64,000 bases of DNA from Haliotis rufescens (GCF_023055435.1 NW_025963791.1:15128001-15192000), one strand, 5' to 3'; positions 22,612 to 36,630 are shown, counted from the first letter of the stretch. A program made the numbers and translations. Notes: generated by a model from the sequence alone, not told the origin.

Positions 22612-25600
22612 TCAAGTACCGACAAGATTGACACACACCACATTATCTCCCCTTATGAACAATTGATTCACATGTCGCCACTGAACATCTTCTGGTCTCA
22701 GTCCAAGCCAGGCTGCTTCACGGGGCAGAGGTGTTTCACATTGCAAGACCTGACCTGAGGTTTGGTGTGTATGAGTTGTTGAGGTAGAGCGACGAGTTGT
22801 CTGTGTGGAGGATAATCGCTCTGATACGAAATGTCTGCGTTGATCTTCACTGCGAGGGGTGGCTCTTGCATCAGCTTCATCCATCTCTACATCTGCAGAT
22901 CTTTCTTGAGCCAGGCGATCTTGTTTTACATCTCTCATCTGTCAGAAACAAGAAGATATGTAATGTTAGCTACCTAACCATGTCCTACCCAGTTGTTGAT
23001 CACTTGCTTGATAAGATACTAGCATCCTTATTGAAACATCACATTGAAAGAATGTAGAAGCTCAAATCCATAAGGCAACTGTGTCAGCATTGATACAGCT
23101 TCCATATTCCATAAAAAGATGTTAACATATTACATTATCAAAACTCATCCCTAAACATACAAAACAGGACCGATGAATAGTGACATTAACAAAATCGATA
23201 TTGAGCTCATAAAGATATATATATTAACATAAATAAATGTACTTACAATTCGAGTGTACATTCCAATATATTATAAATTTAAAACAAAACACAACGACAA
23301 ATACTTCCTCCGACATACTTCATTTGTATCATCAGGGAGAATCTGATGATACAATATGATGATAATTCTCCCTGATGATACGAAAGAAACATGTCGGAGG
23401 AAGTATTGTTTTAAATTTTAAATATATATATATTTGTACCTTTTTCATTTTCTTCCTGCAAACACTGGGAATTCTGTAGACTTCATCAACATCAATCATT
23501 GCCTGCACACAATAAGAAATAAATGGGTTTGATTGTACCATTGTGTACTTCGTTGATCTCCAACATATGGAGCATGCTGACAAAACAGACCAAGTCGACT
23601 GTAGTGACAGTAATTCTAAACTTCCGTAGGAAGGATGAAACAGAGACATATTTAGCACTGTGAACAATTCAAAGACAATCCATTATTAACCTGCTTTGTG
23701 GGCATGGTAGGACAAACGATCAAGGGCTTGAGTGAGTGAGTGAGTGAGTATGGTTTAGCGTCGCTTTTAGCAATATTCCAGCAAAATCACTGCGGGGGAC
23801 ACCAGAAAAATGGGCTTCACACATAGTACCCATGTCGGGAATCGAACCCCGGGTCTTCAGCATGACGAGCGAACGCTTTAACCAATAGGCTATCCGACCG
23901 CCCCTCGAGGGCTTGAGAATGGTCACCTGACATGACAACTTCCAGACTGTTAACCCTTACCAAATTAAAGTGTTTGTCGAAAGCTACAACATATCCTCTG
24001 AGAATCCCCCGAACACTGCATGCACTGCGAGTCCATATGTATGTCTGCAGCTTCTCCTGAACACAGCGCCGCAAGATACTCAGCGGCCCACTGATGAAGC
24101 CTGGAACAAGAACACATATCTGGCTGTACCACTCACACCTTACTACAACTCAATGCCAATGCTGAAGAAAGGTCTTGTTTCATTCAGTGACTGTCATGTG
24201 TTGAGTAGAGGTAGAATTTGCTGCAAACAACAATGATCACAATCGACTGAATGAGCAAAGATCAAATGTTTTTGTTTGTTTGTTTGTTGTTTAACGCCAC
24301 ACTCAGCTATATTCCAGCTATATGACGGCGGTCTGTAAATAATGAAGTCGGGACCTGACAATCCAGTGATTGACATCATGAGCATCAATCCACTCAACAT
24401 GCTCAATTGGGATACGATGACATGCAACAACCAAGTCAGTGAGCCTGACCACCCTATTCCGTTAGTCGGCTGTTATGACAAGCATAGTTGGCTTTTATGG
24501 CAAGCATGGGCTGCAGAAGACCTATTCTCCCAGGGATTTTCACGGGTCCAAAGATCAAGTGTATGTAACAAAAGTGTTGTTAACCATGTTAACAAAACCT
24601 AAAAAAGAAAACATACCAAGGTAGAAAACATGTTTTTAGCATGGTTAGTGACTATGGAAAATTATTTTGCCTGTTTTCTTTCAGATTAATCAATGAACAT
24701 AACTTTCATATTTCTGGTAACCACATGACCGAGAGATAAAAACACAAATGCCAAGTACCAAACCCCTCAGATCTCCATTTTTGAAATCATGTAATATGCT
24801 TGTTCAACGGTTGCTGTGTATATGATTATTCCTTACTAGAGTGCTGATGAGATTATTATTCCTCATATTTCAAGCTTCCATTCAAAGATAAAAAATCATA
24901 ACTGATATAAATCTGTACATGTATGAAGAGTGACGGAGATGGCCTGTGTTGATTGAGTTGGTTGCTAATCTTTCTTCAACACAGTGTTCAAAATAGACAT
25001 CAGCCCGTAGGCCAGAGGCAGACAGATTTGTTCTCGGGCTGATAGTCTTTATTTTCAATAGCCCCTTATCATGCTTATGGTATGCAGTTTACTTAAGTAA
25101 TGATTTATTAAGCATTATTTAAGTAATGGGATAAACATAACTTTCATATTAATAAACAGTAGAATTAGACCTTTCAAATGGTGTATGACATGTACCGGGA
25201 GTCGCAAAGATGTTTCACAAGTTGATAATTTCCCGATAAGTGTAGACTTCATTTATCACCACGAAGTCACTGGTTGACTGGTTGTGTTCTGTAATTTATC
25301 CTCCAAGAGTATGTCTCCCTGATTCAGCTAAAATGCATGGGCCTACACTTTTTCCACAGGGCCTACAATTATTAACATGATTAAAGGCTCTTTCATTTTA
25401 CTCTGCTGAGTTTCAGACACTACTTCAACATAATCCCTTTCGAAGTCCACACACTTCTGGCAACAATGCTGGAGTGCCTGGATCCCACTGGTGTAGAAGG
25501 CTTCCTCCTGGGAGTGTAAAATTTCCTCCACAGAAGAAATGACATCATCATCATTTGCACAATGCTTGCCAGACATTTATTTCTTCAAGCTTGGGAAGAG

Positions 25601-28586
25601 GTGAAAATATGATGATGCAAAATCTGGTAAAAACGGAGGATGTTAACTGAATTCAAAGCCAGTCTTGCATTGCCGACATAGCACAATCAAACTTGTGTAG
25701 ATGCATTGTCCTCATGGACCAACACACCTTTAGAGACTCACCTCCATGATGTTTAGCCTTGATATTCACATGCAGTTGCCTATGCAGCTTAGCATAGTCT
25801 TAATCATGTAAGAGATCATAATAGTCTGACTTTCAGGAGGTAGTCCAACAATAGGTGAATCCCAGAAACTGGAAGCCATCACCTTGCCAGCTGATGGAAC
25901 AGACTTTACCTTTTTTGGAGAAGGAGACGTCAGATGTTGCCACTGCTTTGACTCTTACTTAGTCTCTGGCTGTTATTGGTAAACCCAAGACACAACAAAA
26001 TCAGCTGGGTCTGCTGAAAATGTTTGGAAGTAACTTTTACATACATGGTACAGAAGAACACTTTCTTTGAACATGTGTCTGGGCATGCTATTGTGCAATA
26101 AGCATGATAAGGCCTGCACTTGTGCGGATATAAAAATGAATTGTTATTATTCAACAATATTATCAGCAGTAGAGGATGTAACGTGTAGGTGTGATAGGCC
26201 TGTTATGGGTACAAGTGACTCCCTGAGATCATTGTTATGAATGTGAGTGGATTGTTTTCATGTATTTGCTGAGAAGGAGACTTAAAGACATTTAACGAAT
26301 CAGATAAATATTATCGGGAGTACTGCACTTTACTGGAATGCACTTTTTTGGATTTCGAACTTGCGTTGCCAGTTTGAAGCTAGCTAGTCTAATGAGTTAA
26401 TCTAATAAACCAACAGTTTACCATGGGACAACGTGTGCTATCACAAATAATTCATTTTTGTTTACTTAGTGATCAGTACCCAATTTTTCAATTTCAATTT
26501 CTATTATAATATGCATCCGCGGTAGCCATAATTCATTGCGCAACTCATACTCGTAAAATTGTAAGGATTTACCTGAAATAACACTTGATAAATTTGTTAA
26601 AGGAGGTGAAATAGCTAACCCTAGCCATAACCATTTATCCAGGGATAGACATGCCTACTAGTCCGTTGTTCTGAGACTACTAAGAATCTAGACGGACTAG
26701 TTGTTTTATTCCCATATCCAAGGGTAAGGGCAGAGTTGTGGTAACCTTCCCCAACCCCAACACAACTAACCCTATTGATCAAAGAGGCAGGCAAGGTCCA
26801 TGAAGCAAGAGCCACATCTGGTTTCCCGGAGCTAATTAGCGCAACAAGATGCACAAGGTAAACTGCTGTCAAGCCGAATCACATAAAAAGTAAATAAAGG
26901 AGCAACCATTTCAGATCAGCATATTTTTTTAATGTTCAGCAGCTCAAATAAACATATAAACATAAGTTTACATAATATACAAGTAGCCTGCAACCTTGGG
27001 TTATCACGTTTACTTGTTATGTAGGCAAAAGTGAACAAAATGCCCTCACTGACCTTTATTATGTTTATGATTTATTATTCATGTTCTCTTGATCAGATTC
27101 ATGTATTTTATCTATCTATGCATATTTTACCGATAAATGTTCATTATTTACATTAGATGCACCGAGTGAAAGCCGGGCATCTCACTCAGTTTAACTAGGG
27201 AGAGAACTCCAGTGTACTGCAGTACAGGGAAAAGTTGTGTATGGAGGCCCAAAATTGTCAAAACAGGACATATTTCTACCAACCACAAAGTATGATGATG
27301 CCAGACTTATGTGAATTATCCAGACAAGTGCAAAGACAGCACAAGTAATATTCATTATGTGTAATAATTAATAGGTATTCAAAACATATTTACCGAAAAC
27401 TAAGATTTTTTTTAAAAACCAATAACAAAACATCAGAAAAGATATTTTAAGATTTTTATTAAAAAATAGGATGAAAATAACTTGTCCCAAAAAGTGAAAA
27501 TGTGTTAAATGTTAACAATAAATATCTAAAAAGCACTCCTTTAGTGACAACAGTATGTATTTATCATTTGGCTACTGGTGAAGAACATATTGATAGGATG
27601 GCATTATGGCCCTTATTATCTCCTAAAATATTCTGGCCACTTTATAGAAGGAAAATTATGACGACTACGTCACTTCCGCTACCTTATTTGTCACCATGAA
27701 CATGCAGACGATCTAGTTCAGGTCGATAGAGAAAGTTTACATGGGAAACTGTGTTATGATATATGTGATAAGGCAATATTAAATAGATGTCAGGACTCAG
27801 AAGTAAGTATCAACATGTCAATAAATACTTACTTATAGAACATTCTGCAGAAATTGAAATTATTTATGAAGCGTGGACTTTCTGGTTACTTATTTGATTT
27901 AGACAACGGCGACTAGGATGTATGTCCCACATGAACAACTGGAAATCACAAATGCTGCGATACGATGAATGCCGCGGTACCATGGGTTCTGAGTATACTC
28001 AACATGCTCAATGAAATTTTTTAAATAAATGTAAAAAATGAACTATATTCTTTTGACGTTTATCTGCAAGAAGAGGGCATATTATATATTTTCCTACAAT
28101 GCGAGGCATATGTTAAAAAGAAATCAGTAAACCAAGGTCTTGTTTATCTTTTTTTAGAACCACACACACACACTGAAAATTAAATGGTTGCTGCCTTCCA
28201 CTTTTTGTCAAATATTTTGAGAGCTTACTTTGATCCATTCGTGTCAACACATTCCTTAGCATCCTACGTCTTACACTATGCATACTGGCGTCAGGCATCT
28301 GTAGAACCGGTCTGCCCTGAGCAGACGGTTTGTGTGATGGAGCTTTAGGTCTACTCGCTGTCTGGGACGGCGGATTTTGGGACATTGACACATGTGGATC
28401 TTGACGAGCTCTCCCTTTTCCTTGCATTTTGCTTTCGTATTCTGCGACATTGTTAAACACTCGAACGTCTGGAAACTGAACAGGGATATTGGTCGAGTAC
28501 AAAGCTCGCAAAGGATCAAAATTCGATGAGAATAGATTGAGTTCTTCGTCACTGACGTCTGACATGTTATCCGTGGGGGCTGCCAT
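22612..28586 (-). CDS. LSM11: U7 snRNA-associated Sm-like protein LSm11, 4 exons, ~295 aa
   Basis: Exons 28229-28586, 23961-24100, 23440-23502, 22612-22938. LSM11 motifs FDPLRALY, FNNVAEYES, RNVLTRM, GPLSILRRCV; Sm1 GYVVAFDKHFNLAMIDVDEVY; Sm2 RHVNQLFIRGDNVVCV after a long spacer. Confidence 0.93.
23729..23904 (-). mobile_element. SINE family A
   Basis: (GAGT)n tail, A/B boxes, flanking AGGGCTTGAG repeat. Confidence 0.88.
24272..24549 (-). mobile_element. SINE-like family B
   Basis: (GTTT)n tail through ...CACGGGTC head. Confidence 0.85.
25395..26110 (-). mobile_element. Decayed mariner (Tc1/mariner) transposase relic in LSM11 intron 1
   Basis: Broken frames give PSAGKVMASSFW, HPPFLPDFASSYFHLFPSLK (degenerate YSPDLAPxD motif) and FYTSGIQALQHCCQKCVDFERDYVE. 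Boundaries approximate. Confidence 0.8.
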
Positions 28587-28778
28587 TTTTAATCAGCTCT
28601 GCTGTAAAGTTGCGTATTCAACATTCAAAACATTTATCAATTCTCGCTTCCAACTGACATGACATTATAAATGTTGATATACATTTTTCTCTATTAAAAA
28701 CGGACAAATATGTTTCTGAAGAACAAAAACATTTGTTCCTATCATACGAAACAACTAATTCAAACGAAGCTATTATTC

Positions 28779-28791
28779 GTTGCCAGGCAAC
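28779..28791. promoter_or_regulatory. RFX X-box in the LSM11/CCDC166 bidirectional promoter
   Basis: Palindromic GTTGCC-A-GGCAAC ending 33 nt before the CCDC166 ATG; only 238 bp separate the two divergent start codons. Confidence 0.7.
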
Positions 28792-28824
28792 GCCTATACG
28801 AGATCGTTCAGCGACTTTACAAAG

Positions 28825-29303
28825 ATGCCACCAAAGAAGAAGGGGAAGGGTAAAAAAGGAAAGAAAGGCGGAAAGGGAAAAGATGATGCATCAAATGAAT
28901 ACGAGAGACCAAAAACACCAGAACCAACCGAGAAAGAGATATTGCTGCAGCAAGAGTAAGTTTTTATATACTGATATATAGGCCCCTACACACTAGATTC
29001 TATCCAGATAAACCTAATATGGCCTAGGCTAGCCTAAATTTTTAGGCATGCTGAAGTCATAGGCTTACAGGCCTACGGTTTTTCAGAGACTGATAATTCT
29101 TGATAATGATGGCACAAAAATAAAAGATGTAAATGATGGTTTTTTAAATTTTTATATAAACATTGACACTTAGCACTACATAAAGCATCATGATCAAAAC
29201 TAACATTTCTTTTTATGTTTATTTGTAGGTTGGTTAAGGTCACAGAAGAACTTGAAAATTCAAAGAAAAAGGTTGAAGATTTGTATCCTTAAACAAAGAG
29301 GGA

Positions 29304-29339
<36 letters not shown>

Positions 29340-32300
29340 GTGCAGCCTGGCTCTTACCATCCCTATTCCCACACAACTTATCCATGTGTTACCTGTTCTC
29401 CAGAGGTATACCTTTTACATGTCATTGTCAGTCTGTCCTTGAGTGAGCTGTGGGACACATGTTTGCCACATATCTTCATACTCATTACAGTGATTTTCAT
29501 AGAGGAAAATGGCATGAGGACATTTTCATGACATTATAATTTTGCCAGGAGATTCTTGTGTATCAATACCAAATATATACAAAATCTTCCTGATATTTTG
29601 GGTGACATTGAGTCACTGTCCTAGAAATGAACCGATCTGAATTAGTCATAAAGCTTTGTTGTTATTTTCATAAATTACTATGTAATGCTAACAAAATAAA
29701 GATCTTACAGTATGCTAACATAAATTATCTGATGTTTGCTCAAGTCAAATCATTTATGTCAGCATACTGTAAGATCTTCATTTTGTTAGCATTACATACT
29801 TTTATCATATCTCCCCACCCCACCCCCACCCCAAACCCCCACCCCACCCCCATAGATCAGTGCAACGTTATAGTGAGTTGATTCGGTTATATAAGTAACA
29901 TATGTGTTTTGTAAACTTAACTCCCACTCTCAGACGGGAAGAGAATGACTGGTTGCAGCAGGAGGCTCACAAAGTGCGAGTGGAGAGTGTAAGTACTGAG
30001 ACACGTTTCCATTTCTTTAGTCTTATAGTTCCTGTAGTACAGAGAAGTCTACCTTTGTGGGTTTGCTGCAGTCAACTCCCAATGGGTGGCTGCAATTGTC
30101 ATTGCTTCCACTTTTAACTGTAAACATGACAATGACGGAACAGAAGTTCAGGTAGAATTTGGTCAGTAACTAAATGGAGAGAGTCAATCTGTGACACGTT
30201 CACAAATTAGCCCATATTCCAGATTGTGCATGTTTTAGCCGTTTTATTGCATTGTTTTCTTGCCGTTCAAGAAAGTTGCTTTAATGGGTATGAAAGGTTA
30301 GCAGGAGGGAATTAAAGTCTCAGCTGTGTATGTTTAACCCATCCATTAAAGATTGTGACCGTTTTTCCTTCTTTTGACATTTTTTATTGTATTATGCTGT
30401 ACACATTTGTTTTACTGTGTATGGATATGTTGTGATGTGGGTGTATCTTCCAGCATGAGTACATGAGTTACATGGAGAAGAAGACCAGCAAGCGTCAGAC
30501 TGCGATCATCACACTGAGTGACCACAACAAGCAGGAGATACGCAACATTCAGATGCAGAAACAGCTCATGGAGGAGGAGTTCGATGAGAAAAAGAAAGGT
30601 TAGCAAGAAGATCTTGAGATGGACAGAGTGACCTTGGTTGCTAAAAGTCCTAAAGTTGCCATCTAGGCTTAGTCATGATATTTTTCAGATTCGGTTTCCT
30701 CTTGATGATATCAAACATAGTATTTAGATGAACAAAATCAGACAATGATTACATTGCCATTGAAGTTGAGTCTTGGGACTCATGAACAAGGCTTAAAGGG
30801 GATGTCTTCCTAAAGGAATTATAATAAAGATTCATATTTTTTGTTGTCCCTTCATTTAGATGTTATATATTTAATTAGAATATATACTACTACTGGACTG
30901 AGTATGTGTCACATGTCATAGGCATGAAGCTCCCTTAGGAAGATCTGTAAGCTCCCATTTATTTCTAGGAGAGCTGTAGGTCAGCAGATTATTTGTTTCT
31001 CTAAAGGGAATTACTTTTGTACAAGTATGGCTATTTGGAGATACTTTGTGATGCACCAGTGTCTGAGAATCTAGAGTATATTACTTCCCTCACTTTTATT
31101 TTTGATATCCCTTGTGTTTTCTGTCGCTGATATCCACTGTATCATGTTGTTGATATCCCCTGTGTCTTCTGTTGTTGATATCCCCTGTGTTTTCTGTTGT
31201 TGATATCCAGTGCTTTCCTTTTGATGAAATCCAGTGTTTGTCCTATTGCTGATTTCCACTGTGTCTTCTGTTGATATCCACTGTGCATCTCCTGTTGTTC
31301 ATATCCACTGTGTCTTCTGTTGTTGTTATGCCCTGTGTTCTGTTGTTGGTATATCCACTGTGTTCTGTTGCTGATATACCCACTGTGTTCTGTTTCTGAT
31401 ATACGCACTGTGTTCTGTTGCTGATATACCCACTGTCTTCTGTTTCTGATATACGCACTGTGTTCTGTTGCTGATATATCAACTGTGTTCTGTTGTTGGT
31501 ATATCATCTGTGTTCTGTTGTTGGTATATCAACTGTGTTCTGTTGTTGTTGGTATATCAACTGTGTTCTGTTGTTGGTATATCCACTGTGTTCTGTTGTT
31601 GGTATATCCACTGTGTTCTGTTGTTGGTATATCCACTGTGTTCTGTTGCTGATATATCCACTGTGTTCTGTTGCTGATATATCCACTGTGTTCTGTTGTT
31701 GGTATATCCACTGTGTTCTGTTGCTGATATATCCACTGTGTTCTGTTGTTGGTATATCCACTGTGTTCTGTTGCTGATATATCAACTGTGTTCTGTTGTT
31801 GGTATATCAACTGTGTTCTGTTGTTGGTATATCAACTGTGTTCTGTTGTTGGTATATCAACTGTGTTCTGTTGTTGGTATATCCACTGTGTTCTGTTGTT
31901 GGTATATCCACTGTGTTCTGTTGCTGATATATCCACTGTGTTCTGTTGTTGGTATATCCACTGTGTTCTGTTGTTGGTATATCCACTGTGTTCTGTTGCT
32001 GATATATCCACTGTGTTCTGTTGTTGGTATATCCACTGTGTTCTGTTGTTGTTATCCACTGTGTTCTGTTGCTGATATATCAACTGTGTTCTGTTGCTGT
32101 TATATCCACTGTGTTCTGTTGTTGGTATATCAACTGTGTCTTCTGTTGTTCTTATCCACTGTGTTCTGTTGTTGGTATATCCACTGTGCATCTTCGGTTG
32201 ATGATATTGTGTCTTCTGTTGTCCAGCCCTGGAGAATGTGCGGCTGGAGAAGCAGCATATGCTAACCAAGACAAAGCAGGAGCTGAGTGACCTTCAGGAA

Positions 32301-33818
32301 TACAAGGTCAGCTTTATGTAAACAAACACTGAGATTAAAATGTCAACAATGAGGTTTGATGACAAACTTCTTGATGTGTCATGTCTGATAGCATGGTCTT
32401 AATGTATGACTAGTTACAGATCAAATATGATACCTTGTCACCTGAAAAAGTGTCATGTATCAAGCCAGAACAATTGGTTCGAGACTATCCTGTGCAGACT
32501 CAGGGGTTTGAGAGTATAACTGGCTGTGTCACTCACCAGCTATATTCAAAGTGTGTTGAACACTGACTCGTGTGTATTACTGGAGGAATAAACTATACAT
32601 TTATTCAAGACATGTTGTTAACTATGACATGTATGAAGAGTTGATATACTGTTGTTGAAACTATGGAAATTGCAGTTTGATCTACAGTTAGTTTGTTCCC
32701 ATCCAAGAGTTCAACTTGTTGCCCACACCTCTGCACATTCAGTGACCATGTCCTCTCTATCGGTGTACACAGGACCTCCAGACAGAGCAGCTCACCAAGA
32801 TCCGCAACCTGGAGAAGGAAGTGATGAAGATGCGTGCCAAGCATTCCGAGACAATCCAGCAACTCAAGTCAAATTTTCTCACTGAGAAACATGACTTCCA
32901 GCAGGACTCCGAAACTCGGATAACAACCCTTGAGAAAAAGGCTAACAAGGTAAGGGTGGGATGTTTGTATGTTTGTGGTTAAACGCCGCTCGAGTCTGGA
33001 CCAGACAATCAAGTGATTGATATCATGAGCATCTACCCACGCAATTGGGATACGATGACATGCGTCAACCAAGTCAGCGAGCCTGACAAACAGTCGCCTT
33101 TTACAGCAAGCTTGGGTAGCTGAAGACCTATTCCACCCCAGATCTTTACGGGGAAGAGTGGGATGTAACCATAGATCAATGCATATTACAATACAGTGGT
33201 CTATCTGTGAGTTAGGGAGTCACATGTTGACCACTGTGACCTACTTGAGGTCTAAGTACTGGTTTCCTTGTTCAAAACAAAACTTAGTGATTGAGTGAAG
33301 ATGATCTTTTGATCTCCTGATAGTAATTCTGTTATCTGAATGGTAATGTCAAATGAGCTTTATTTGCATGCTACAATTAAATAAGTCTAAATGATTCAAA
33401 CAGACATACTCTTTTGGTCAAAACTTGCTTTGGATATTATTTGTGTCCAGTTTTTCAATTTATATATTTTAATGTAAAACTCTGTGTGTCTGAAGATGCA
33501 TGCTCTGGTCCAACACCTTGGTCAATGATTTCTCCTTGTTCATTTCTCTAGGAGGCAACTCAATGTCTGACGGAACACACAAACCACATCAAGACGGAGA
33601 ACCGGCAGTTGAGGCGAAAATTGCTGGGGCTGATACAGACGACCCGGGCACTGCACCAACACAAGGCCGAACTCGAGGAGCAACGCAGACAGCTGGTGCG
33701 AGAACAACAGTATGCAGATGATCTGAAAAAGCTCCGGAATTCTCGCCAGCACAAGGTGTACAAATCCTTTGGTCTGTTGGATGAAGAGGGAGCAGATGGT
33801 GTTGGGGTGGGGACATGA
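28825..33818 (+). CDS. CCDC166: Coiled-coil domain protein CCDC166-like (DUF4515 family), 7 exons, ~302 aa
   Basis: Exons 28825-28955, 29229-29282, 29934-29988, 30454-30598, 32227-32306, 32773-32949, 33552-33818. Starts MPPKKKGKGKKGKK; segments LREENDWLQQEA, LQEYKDLQTEQLTKIRNLEKE, HTNHIKTENRQLRRKLLGLI match vertebrate CCDC166 as I recall it. Orthology versus CCDC121 not tested. Confidence 0.82.
29283..29933 (+). other. U12-type (minor spliceosome) GT-AG intron, CCDC166 intron 2
   Basis: 5' site GTATCCTT (U12 consensus RTATCCTT). Branch-like AACTTAAC about 12 nt before the 3' end, with little pyrimidine tract. Splicing here gives TT|A = Leu in frame. Confidence 0.8.
29309..29339. repeat. (TAT)n microsatellite
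   Basis: Direct reading. Confidence 0.95.
31110..32222 (+). repeat. 25-bp minisatellite ending at the CCDC166 exon 5 acceptor
   Basis: Unit CCACTGTGTTCTGTTGTTGGTATAT, ~44 copies; source of the spurious ORFs at 31071-32290. Confidence 0.96.
32965..33152 (-). mobile_element. SINE-like family B, deleted
   Basis: Core CGAGTCTGGACCAGACAATCAAGTG...CTGAAGACCTATTC. Confidence 0.8.
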
Positions 33819-35432
33819 CAGGTTTTTGATCTGTTCATGTGTGCTTTGAGATGGTACAGGAAACAAGACTATGCCAACTTACTTCAGTGCAGTTATGTGA
33901 GGTGCCAGTGTTCTGTTCATTGAAACAGCATAACTTGGTTTTGTCTGCATCACACTGCTGATGTCAAATATGCCAAAAATGGGGATATCTGGACAGTTCG
34001 GAGGTGATATCCTGGTATATTTAGGTGTACCTAAAATGCCACACGTTGCCAGAAGATACTGTTGTAACTATCCTTTGATCCATGTCATCATGTTTAAGAA
34101 AACATAAACTATTTCATTGAATTTTATTGTTGAAGAATTTAAAGTAAGTATACAGTAAAATGGATGATTGGTCTTCCAACAGTTGATGGCATTGTTCTTC
34201 ACATGATGTTTCACAAAGAATACCGTGTACATACGCCAAAAGATGGACATAATGCAATCTCTGATAATGAATTAAATCATATTTACTGTCAAGACATTGT
34301 TGATGATCTTTTCAAAAGACTTGAAAGATATCCTTTTGAAATATTGTCAGTGGGCACTGTTGAGGTGAAGGGATACTCCACAATGAAGAGAAGAACACAA
34401 AAGGCTAATTTATGTAACATTTATTAAAGATCACAGAATTTCTCAACAAATTGGGAGTACAGAAATCCAACATAGTAGAGAATAAATACTATTCATCAAT
34501 TAGAAATAAATTAATACATATGGACGGATTCTTCATCTGACTGGCTTCAGATACTACCAGGTAATACTAATAGGAAGTCCAAGAAACTGACACCAAGGAT
34601 ATTTCATAAATTACAGTTTCAGGTTGAGAATGTCCCAACTTTGTGGATGACATAATTTCCTTTATATTGTCTGCTTCTATTCCACTGTCATGCCCTGAAC
34701 ACCGAGCAGTCAGCCTCAAGCTGGATATGTATAGGTTATTGCCCTCCTCAAGAGTGAGCCAAAAGCACATACACTATGTGGGCCTAGAAGCGAAGTGCTC
34801 TACACGACATCATGAACTGAGGCCCAGTCCCCAGTCGCGGCAATTGCATGTGCAGGGTTGTTACAAAAAATAACACCCCACCAATAAACAATGGGCATAA
34901 CGCACCATAGTGGTGTAAGTACATAAAAAATAGGGAAAATATAAGAAGTTCAGAATCCACCATGTAAAATCAAGACATTGTGTCAGTAAATCAGTTCTAA
35001 AAGCTATGCAACTACAGAACTAGAATAGGTCTGAATGACAGACTCGTGGAATGTGAGATGACGTATTTGTTGTACAGCACTGTAACAATACACTGTCACA
35101 TTATGACATGCATCAACACAGGAAGGTTGTGATATGATCGAAGGTATGCTGCATGAAAAGTGATCACATAATCCAGCTGGATTCAATCATCAACGGGTAA
35201 ATAGTTTGTCCAGGAAAACATATTGAGTACCAGATACACTTTATCAATTATTTAAACTAACAATGGTTTGAGAACCTTACTGCCAGAAAAGTATATCTCA
35301 TGCATGATTCATGTCATACAACATGTCGATATGGCTGAAATATTGATAATGCAATGTTAAATTTTAATCTACTCAAAACCCATACATAACCTCATTAAAC
35401 AATACTTCAACTCATAACGTAGTGATTCCTCA

Positions 35433-35589
35433 GTGAGTATGGTTTTACACTGCTTCAAGCAGTATTCCAGCAATATTATGGCGGGGGACACCAGAAATGG
35501 GCTTCAGACATGGTACTCACATGGAGAATCAAACCTGGGCCTTTGGCATGACAAGCAAACGCATTAACCATTAGGCTACCCCACCGCCC
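35433..35589 (-). mobile_element. SINE family A
   Basis: Flanked by the direct repeat GATTCCTCAGTG. Confidence 0.85.
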
Positions 35590-35883
35590 GATTCCTCAGT
35601 GCACAGTGGCTTGTTACAGTCCTGTTTACGTGCGTGTATAATCACATTCTAGATTAACCCTACCCAATTAGTTATCATAAAATGCACACCTATTTCACCA
35701 TCTTGAAAAACAGCCAAGTCAGAGTTGCTCTTGTAAACAATGTAGATTACAAATAAAAATATACAAATTTATAATATCAATACGGTGACAAGCTGGTCAC
35801 TTGTCCATGGTTCTGCCTCTGATCATGTTTACTGGATAATTACCATGGATGTAAGAACACTACTGCATCTCTTTACATATCAG

Positions 35884-35989
35884 GGTGCCATTGCACAAAG
35901 CGATCTTACCGCTCAGGTGATCATAATGCCCATACCTCAACATAGACTTACGACAGTCGTAGCACGAAGGTTGTTTTGTACAATGGCAC
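35884..35989. mobile_element. Palindromic Harbinger-like MITE
   Basis: GGTGCCATTGCACAAAGCGATCTTA...TTTGTACAATGGCAC. Confidence 0.7.
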
Positions 35990-36394
35990 TGGTGTACAAA
36001 TCAAGACAATAATCTGTTTGGTTATCCATCAATTCACATCATGACATGTGGTACACATCATAAAAACTGTAAATAATACATTTGAAAGAAGTGCAAACCT
36101 CATTTACATGCTCATATTTGCTTACATGTGCATAATTTACATATATGCAATTTTACATATAAACATAATTGTTAAAATGAGTCGACACTCTGTTTTGGCC
36201 TCGTATGTGGACAAACATGGGGGAGGACTATCTGGACAAAAAGAGCAGACATCTGATTTGAGGTAATGATTAGTCGTGGGTACATTCACAAATGCTGAAT
36301 GGAAAGAGTAATTCTGTATGACCAAGCCTACCTTTCAGTTATAATGTTCAGGGCTAGAAGATAACTTAAAGCCACAGGAGACGAGTCCAAGTTT

Positions 36395-36630
36395 TTTGTT
36401 TTGTTTGTTTGTTGTTGAACGCCAGAACTCAGCAATATTGGAGCTATATGACGGCAGTCTGTAAATAATCAAGTCTGGAACATCATGATTGACATCATGA
36501 GCATCGATCCACACAATTGGGATCGATGGCATGCATCAACCAAGTCTGCGTGCCTGACCACCCGATCCCATTAGTCGCCTTTTACGTCAATAATGGGTTG
36601 CTGAAGACCTGTTCTACCCCGGATCTTGAC
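36395..36630 (-). mobile_element. SINE-like family B
   Basis: Family B pattern on the minus strand. Confidence 0.82.

Noticed and set aside
26596-26913. Possible solo LTR (TG...CA with AATAAA)
   Set aside because: No target-site duplication and no second copy in the window.
31071-32290. Cys-rich and Gln-rich repetitive ORFs on both strands
   Set aside because: Translations of a 25-bp intronic minisatellite whose unit is not a multiple of 3.
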